Source: Limnochordia bacterium (GTDB lineage Bacteria; Bacillota; Limnochordia; DTU080). Taken from it: a stretch of DNA of 64,000 bases. Location: the NCBI GenBank assembly GCA_050951545.1, contig JBMNJG010000012.1, positions 32,001-96,000 of the forward strand. The letters run 5' to 3'. The stretch's first letter is position 1; each line of letters begins with the position of its first letter. The notes under the pieces are model-generated. The model was not told the origin of the DNA. It worked only from the letters and a program-made list of their open reading frames with translations, and made no database searches. A program made the translations under genes and the position numbers. This document shows, in pieces, positions 58,113-64,000 of the stretch.

Positions 58113-60791
58113 TCATCCGTCGAGCTCCTTGCGAGCCTGCTCACGCAGAGCGAAGATCATATTGATTGCGGCCAGAGGTGTCAGGCTCTCGGCGTTGATT
58201 TCTGCCAGTTCGCGAAGAAGTGGATGTGGTGTTGTCTCTGGGACAAACAAGGGTATCTGCATGGGCATTGGCTCCTCTGTCGTCCGCTTCTTGGGGTGAG
58301 AGGGGCGCGGCGCCTGAGGTGTCTCGTCCATGAGCGTGCCTGACGCGAGTCGATGGCCGAGTCGCACTTGCTCGTTCGATTCCAGTTCTCCTAGGATCCG
58401 TCTGGCAGAGTCTACGACAGCCTCTGGTAGACCTGCCAGACGAGCGACCTCAATACCGTAGCTGCGATCAGCGCCACCGGGTACGATGCGGCGCAAGAAT
58501 ACTACTTGCCCTTTCTCCTCTTTCACTGCCACACAGCAGTTCTGAACGCGTTTCAGCAACTGAGCGAGCTCGGTGAGTTCGTGATAGTGTGTGGCGAACA
58601 TGGTTAGCGGGCGGCACACAGGTGAATTGTGAAGATACTCCGTTACGGCCCATGCTATTGAGAGACCATCATAAGTGCTAGTGCCCCTACCCACTTCGTC
58701 TAGAACCACCAGGCTCTTCTCTGTGGCGCAGTTGAGGATGTGGGCCACTTCGTTCATTTCCACCATGAACGTACTTTGACCAGTGGCCAGATCATCGGAC
58801 GCTCCTACCCGAGTGAAGATACGATCAACCAAGGTGATATCAGCCGACGTTGCTGGTACAAAGGAGCCCATGTGGGTCAGCAACACCAGCAATGCTGCTT
58901 GGCGCAGATAGGTGCTCTTTCCTGCCATGTTGGGGCCAGTGAGGATCACGATCTGTCTGCTCGATGCATCGAGATAGATGTCATTGGGCACAAACTGCTC
59001 GTCCTGAAGCACGGCCTCTACAACAGGGTGTCGTCCGGCCTTGACACTGATACGTCCGGCTGTGTTGATCTGCGGTCTGACGTAGTGATGATCACGAGCT
59101 ACCTGAGCCAAACAGCAGTAGACATCGAGCTCCGCCAAAGCATCGGCTACAGCCTGAATGCGCTCTGCTTCGGCAGCGACACGGCTTCGCAGTTCACAAA
59201 AGATCTGGTATTCGAGTTCCATCACTCGCTCTTCGGCTCCGAGAATGGCGGCCTCTTTCTCTTTGAGCTCTGGAGTGACGAACCGCTCAGCTCCGGCTAA
59301 CGTCTGTTTACGCTCATAGTGCCCTGGTACTAACCCCAGATTGGCTCGGGTCACTTCGATGTAGTATCCAAAGACTCGGTTAAAGCCCACCTTGAGTGAC
59401 TTAATGCCAGTGCGGTTCCGTTCCTGCTGTTCGAGATCTGTGATCCAGGCCTGTCCGTCACGACGGGCCTCACGGAGGCGGTCCACCTCGACGTTGAAGC
59501 CGGGTCGAATCAGCCCTCCCTCTTGAATAGAGATTGGGGGGTTTTCCACAAGCGCTTCTTCTGTTGCCTGTGTGATGTCCGTACACGGATCAAGGCGTTC
59601 GACGAGAGTACGCAGAGAAAGGACGTGGGTGATCTCTTCCACGAGTGGTACGATCGCTGGCAACTGACCCAACGAGCGGGCTAAGGCGAGCATGTCGCGG
59701 GCATTGGCGGTACGCAGAGCCACACGTCCTACAAGGCGAGGGATATCGTATACCTTCTTGAGCAGCTCACGAAGCTCAGCTCGAGGCAAGTCGGCCTCAG
59801 TGAGGTTCTCGACGGCGTCGAGACGGTTACTGATGGCATCACCGTGGAGCAGAGGCTGTTCGAGCCAGGTCTTCAGTAGGCGCGCCCCCATAGGCGTCCG
59901 CGTCTGGTCCAGGACCCACAAGAGCGTGGCGTAGCGTTCGCCATCGCGTAGCGTGCGCGTCAACTCAAGGTTTCGCCGAGTGGTCTGGTCGAGCATCATG
60001 TGCGAAGCTGTGCTGTAGGGGACCAAACGGTTGATATGGGAGAGCTCTGTCTTTTGCGTGTCTCGAAGATACGAAATGATGGCCCCTGCTGCCCGAGTGG
60101 CTTCTCTGAGGTCTTCACACCCAAAGCCCTCGAGTGAGAGTACTCCGAAATGATCGAGCAGCGTCTGCCTGGCCGTTTCGTGGTGGAATAGTTCCGACTC
60201 CACGTCTGGTGAATAGATGCCTAACTTATCTATTCCCTCAGAGGCCACTAAGGGAAGGTCCGTGGCGAGCAACTCACTTGGACTAACCCTGTGCAGCTCT
60301 GACATGACAGTCTCGAAGGCCGAATCACCCTTGACCTCGGTGCACAGAAACTCACCAGTCGAGAAGTCACACACTGCAAGGCCCCAGACACCTCGTTGCT
60401 CCACTACAGCAGCCAGATACCGATTCTGATCGGGCCGTAGCGTGTCATCTAGCGACGTCCCCGGGGTGACGATGCGCACAACATCTCGCTTGACAATACC
60501 TTTGGCGGTACGGGGATCCTCAAGCTGTTCACAGATAGCGACCTTATGACCTTTCTGGACCAAAGCCGCGAGGTAACCGTCAGCCGCGTGATGGGGCACG
60601 CCGCACATAGGGATGCGCTTTCCCTTACCAGCCTCACGCGAGGTCAGCGTGATCTGCAGCGCTTGCGCTGCGATCTCCGCATCGGTACCGAAGAGCTCGA
60701 AGAAATCGCCAAGGCGAAAAAAGACGAGGCAATCGGGGTATTGCTGCTTGATCCTGTTATACTGCGCTAACATGGGTGTTTGTTTAGCCAA
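58113..60791 (-). CDS. mutS: DNA mismatch repair protein MutS
   Basis: GDFFELF, TGPNMAGKST, STFMVEM, DEVGRGT, ATHYHEL. Confidence 0.98.
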   Translation of the reverse strand: MAKQTPMLAQYNRIKQQYPDCLVFFRLGDFFELFGTDAEIAAQALQITLTSREAGKGKRIPMCGVPHHAADGYLAALVQKGHKVAICEQLEDPRTAKGIVKRDVVRIVTPGTSLDDTLRPDQNRYLAAVVEQRGVWGLAVCDFSTGEFLCTEVKGDSAFETVMSELHRVSPSELLATDLPLVASEGIDKLGIYSPDVESELFHHETARQTLLDHFGVLSLEGFGCEDLREATRAAGAIISYLRDTQKTELSHINRLVPYSTASHMMLDQTTRRNLELTRTLRDGERYATLLWVLDQTRTPMGARLLKTWLEQPLLHGDAISNRLDAVENLTEADLPRAELRELLKKVYDIPRLVGRVALRTANARDMLALARSLGQLPAIVPLVEEITHVLSLRTLVERLDPCTDITQATEEALVENPPISIQEGGLIRPGFNVEVDRLREARRDGQAWITDLEQQERNRTGIKSLKVGFNRVFGYYIEVTRANLGLVPGHYERKQTLAGAERFVTPELKEKEAAILGAEERVMELEYQIFCELRSRVAAEAERIQAVADALAELDVYCCLAQVARDHHYVRPQINTAGRISVKAGRHPVVEAVLQDEQFVPNDIYLDASSRQIVILTGPNMAGKSTYLRQAALLVLLTHMGSFVPATSADITLVDRIFTRVGASDDLATGQSTFMVEMNEVAHILNCATEKSLVVLDEVGRGTSTYDGLSIAWAVTEYLHNSPVCRPLTMFATHYHELTELAQLLKRVQNCCVAVKEEKGQVVFLRRIVPGGADRSYGIEVARLAGLPEAVVDSARRILGELESNEQVRLGHRLASGTLMDETPQAPRPSHPKKRTTEEPMPMQIPLFVPETTPHPLLRELAEINAESLTPLAAINMIFALREQARKELDG

Positions 60792-60854
60792 AGGTGGAGA
60801 CCTCCCACCCAGGGCTTTTCGCTTATCTGATCGTCATCCCCTGCACGCCTGGCT

Positions 60855-61280
60855 TCAGACGGGCTCAATGGGGTCGAAAGGTAGATGAATATTGCGGGGG
60901 GCGCTTGTCATTGGGGAAAGGAAGACCGACTCCTCTTCCCAGTAGGGAACACGGTCAAGCGCCTTGTAGAGTGCTAGCTCCTCTACACGCGAGAGATGAC
61001 CATGATACTCTGGTAGCAGCGTGGCTTCTGTGGCCGTGATGCTGCAGAGGATCCTGCCCGGCTCTACCCCAGTAACAAGGGTTGCAGGTAGGAGTAGTCT
61101 CAATGAGCGTGCGGGATCGTAGACCACGATGTAGCGTACCGTCCAAAGTCGGCGCTCTACAATCTGACAGACGGCACGTCCGAGGGTGAGGCCATCGCTC
61201 GAGAGAAGCTCGCACTGCCAGATCTCTCTGGGGATCTCCTCATATAGGCTGGCTGCAGCGTTGACAGGATCGTCAGACAT
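60855..61280 (-). CDS. PRC-barrel domain protein
   Basis: DG..LG....IV....WTVRYIVV....LLLP and C-terminal PYW. Confidence 0.7.
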   Translation of the reverse strand: MSDDPVNAAASLYEEIPREIWQCELLSSDGLTLGRAVCQIVERRLWTVRYIVVYDPARSLRLLLPATLVTGVEPGRILCSITATEATLLPEYHGHLSRVEELALYKALDRVPYWEEESVFLSPMTSAPRNIHLPFDPIEPV

Positions 61281-62670
61281 AGATGCCCTCCAGACCAAAG
61301 GTGTTGGCCTTTTGAACACGTATGCGACGCAGGGTACCTAGGTCAGATGGTTCGCCGGGGAACACGACAAGCTTGTTGGTGCGGGTACGTCCCGCCATGG
61401 CTCCGGGCTCCTTCCCTATGCTATCGACAAGCACTTCCATATGCTGCCCGAGCAGTGCACTATTCTTGGCTAGGCTGATCTTATTCTGCAGCTCAATGAG
61501 CCGGTTGATGCGTTCTCTTTTTACGCCATCAGAGATCTCTCCAGAAAGCCGCGTGGACGGTGTCCCCTTCCGAGGAGAGTAGATGAACATGAAGGCACTG
61601 TCGAAACCGATCTCTTCCACCAAAGAGAGGGTCTCGCTGAAGTCGCTCTCGGTCTCGCCAGGAAATCCCACAATCAGGTCTGTGCTGAGGGCTAGCCCTG
61701 GAATCGCGGCCCGCATCCTCTCCACTAAGTCAATGTACTCTGCCCTGGTGTAGCGGCGGCCCATGCGGCGCAACGTGCGATCTGAGCCAGCCTGCACGGG
61801 AAGGTGCACGTGCTCACAGACACTCTTGCACTCCCCGATGGCAGATATGACGTCACTTCCCATGTACTTCGGGTGTGGAGACGTAAAGCGAATGCGCTCA
61901 ACGCCGGGAAGGGTATCCATCTGACGCAATAGATCGGCAAAACTTGTTTGTCCTCCCAAGTCACATCCGTAGGCATTGACGTTCTGCCCCAGTAGTGTGA
62001 TCTCTTTGCAGCCTTCTGCTATTGCCTGCCCTGCTTCCATAAGGATGACCCGGGGATGACGCGACCTTTCTTTTCCTCTGACGTAGGGCACGATGCAATA
62101 GGTGCAAAACTGATTGCATCCGTACATGATGGTGATGTACGCTTTCAGCGCTGAGGCTCTTTGCATCGGGAGTCCTTCGATCACGGGACCAGGCTGCTCC
62201 CAGACCTCGATGACTCGTTCGCCAGCTTCAACCCTGCGCAGTAGCTCCGGTAGACGGTGGAGGTTGTGCGTGCCGAAGACAAGGTCGACGTGCTCAAACG
62301 CTGTCGCGATGCGCTGCGACTCAGAGGGTTGTTGCATCATACAGCCACAGATCCCTAGGATCACTTCTGGGTTCAGCTCTTTTAGGCTACGCAGCATGTT
62401 CATCTGCCCATAGAGCTTGCGTTCAGGATTCTCACGCACCGCGCAGGTGTTATAAAGGATGAGCTGAGCTGCTAGCAGGTTGTCGACCTGCTCATAGCCA
62501 GCGTGTTGCAGCATGCCTAAGATGATCTCACTATCGTGTTCATTCATCTGGCAGCCCAGCGTGCGAATGAAGACGCCCTTTTTCCCCCTCGCGTGCTGCT
62601 TCGTCTGGGCATCGCGAAGATCTGCCTGGGTGACGACTCCGAGCGTGGGCAGAGTGATGGACTTCTCCAC
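61273..62670 (-). CDS. miaB: tRNA-2-methylthio-N6-dimethylallyladenosine synthase
   Basis: GCQMNEHDSE, NTCAVRE, CNQFCTYC, C-terminal TRAM domain. Confidence 0.97.
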   Translation of the reverse strand: MEKSITLPTLGVVTQADLRDAQTKQHARGKKGVFIRTLGCQMNEHDSEIILGMLQHAGYEQVDNLLAAQLILYNTCAVRENPERKLYGQMNMLRSLKELNPEVILGICGCMMQQPSESQRIATAFEHVDLVFGTHNLHRLPELLRRVEAGERVIEVWEQPGPVIEGLPMQRASALKAYITIMYGCNQFCTYCIVPYVRGKERSRHPRVILMEAGQAIAEGCKEITLLGQNVNAYGCDLGGQTSFADLLRQMDTLPGVERIRFTSPHPKYMGSDVISAIGECKSVCEHVHLPVQAGSDRTLRRMGRRYTRAEYIDLVERMRAAIPGLALSTDLIVGFPGETESDFSETLSLVEEIGFDSAFMFIYSPRKGTPSTRLSGEISDGVKRERINRLIELQNKISLAKNSALLGQHMEVLVDSIGKEPGAMAGRTRTNKLVVFPGEPSDLGTLRRIRVQKANTFGLEGIYV

Positions 62671-62891
62671 CAGTACACCTCCGGCAAGTGACGTGTAGCA
62701 GATCAATTATACACTGGGGGAAGATCGACCTCAACTTGGGCTCGAGGGCGTCAGCGGGTGAAAATCGGCTTGGGGCACGATAGTGTAACAGCGTGTTAAC
62801 AGGGGATGCACCCGTCATTAGCCAATTAGCCGCATTGAACATAGGGAAAACCAAACTGAAGGATCGTTGGTAGAGAATCGGGGGTTACCGT

Positions 62892-63875
62892 ATGGGGCTG
62901 ATTAGCGTACTAATCGTGCTATCGGGTGTCTATGTCGGGTGGGCCTTGGGAGCTAATGATGGTGCCAACTGCATGGGTACGGCGGTCGGGGCACGGGTAC
63001 GCTCGCTGCGAGAGGCCGTAATACTTGTGGCAGTTTTCGGTTTTCTGGGGTCCGTGACCCTAGGTGGACGGGTAATAAAGACTATTGGCAAGGGAATCGT
63101 GCCTCTGGATCGAATTGATCCCTCAGTAGCAATGCAGATTGCGCTGGCGACGATGTTGGCAGCAGGTACCTGGATGGTACTGGCTACCTTTTTGCGCCTA
63201 CCAGTCTCTACCACGCATGCTTCGGTCGGAGCCATGGCTGGAGCGGGTCTGGCCTCAGGCTCAGTGCCAGTTATCTGGAGCAGGTTTGCCGATATCTTTC
63301 TGGCCTGGGTGCTGACACCACTAGGAGCTGCGCTCATGGGAATCTTGGTCTATAAAGCGCTGCTGCGGTGGCTTGCAGACTCGAGGTTATATAGTGAGCA
63401 GTTGATACGCGGCTTGCTTACTGTGAGTGGGATCTACATGGCTTTCTCCTGGGGCGCAAACGACGTAGCCAATGCCACAGGTCCCATCGTGGGAGCAGGT
63501 ATCTTGACAGCAAAACAGGCTGCAGTACTGGGTGGTGCTGCTATTGCTCTCGGTGTTGGAGGATGGGGCTACAAAGTCATGGAGACGATAGGCACAAGGA
63601 TTACAAACTTGGGTCCTCTGATGGCTTTCGCAGCCGAGGTGGCCGCTGCTCTTAACGTCCATCTATATACCTTCTGGGGAATTCCTGTCTCAACCACTCA
63701 TGCTATTGTAGGTGCCGTGTTTGGCGTGGGACTTGCGAACGGAAGAGCAGCTGTCAACAAACGCACTGTCCGTGATATCGTGCTTGCCTGGGCTGCCACT
63801 CCCGTGGCGAGTGGCGTTGTGGCCTTCGCGTTTTACCACCTGCTCGCACCCGTTTTCAACAACAGAGGGATCTAG
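62892..63875 (+). CDS. Inorganic phosphate transporter, PiT family
   Basis: GANDGAN and GANDVAN repeats; PVSTTH twice. Confidence 0.93.
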   Translation: MGLISVLIVLSGVYVGWALGANDGANCMGTAVGARVRSLREAVILVAVFGFLGSVTLGGRVIKTIGKGIVPLDRIDPSVAMQIALATMLAAGTWMVLATFLRLPVSTTHASVGAMAGAGLASGSVPVIWSRFADIFLAWVLTPLGAALMGILVYKALLRWLADSRLYSEQLIRGLLTVSGIYMAFSWGANDVANATGPIVGAGILTAKQAAVLGGAAIALGVGGWGYKVMETIGTRITNLGPLMAFAAEVAAALNVHLYTFWGIPVSTTHAIVGAVFGVGLANGRAAVNKRTVRDIVLAWAATPVASGVVAFAFYHLLAPVFNNRGI

Positions 63876-63918
63876 GCGCGATCGGGGCGCTGGCTTGATC
63901 ACACTACCCTCAGGGGGG

Positions 63919-64000
63919 ATGGCAATGTCTAGCGTATTCGGTTGGATTGGGCACAGGGAGCAAAAAGGCATTATCGTCGAAGCCCGCAGACACATGGATA
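63919..64000 (+). CDS. Partial CDS, probably DUF47/PhoU-like Pit accessory protein
   Basis: AGGGGGG RBS, ORF open to the window end; product inferred from context only. Confidence 0.45.
   Translation, partial: MAMSSVFGWIGHREQKGIIVEARRHMD

Noticed and set aside
51300-62000. KOPS (GGGNAGGG) polarity as evidence for the terminus
   Set aside because: Copies spotted by eye occur in both orientations; a genome-wide count is needed

Overview
Chromosomal segment of an endospore-forming Bacillota (Firmicutes) bacterium of fairly high GC content; gene content is compatible with Limnochordia or a similar deep-branching lineage (inference). The left part is a mostly + strand core block: aroF-tyrA-cmk-plsC-rpsA, a DUF1614/spoIIP/YIEGIA cluster, der, spoIVA, a decayed HU gene and hom-thrC-thrB-lysC. 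An accessory block follows (SsuA-type ABC transporter with M20 hydrolase, tRNA-Pro, sugar SBP, tandem FAD oxidoreductase, AraC, GH20, DegT aminotransferase, Eis-like GNAT, three amidohydrolases), then an EF-G paralogue and tRNA-Trp. The main feature is a perfectly palindromic 11-6-11 dif-like site at 42560-42587. It overlaps the promoter of a single Xer-type tyrosine recombinase, is preceded by a ~100-nt candidate structured RNA, and lies where gene orientation flips from + to -, suggesting the replication terminus with a single-recombinase dimer-resolution system. The right part is mostly - strand: yneA/lexA with SOS boxes, surE, mgtC-like, sigH, speD, ynbB, ddh, a spoVK operon, miaA, mutL, mutS, miaB and a Pit transporter. 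No CRISPR array, rRNA, IS element or prophage was seen. All product calls come from motif recognition, not database searches; several start codons were adjusted using RBS position.
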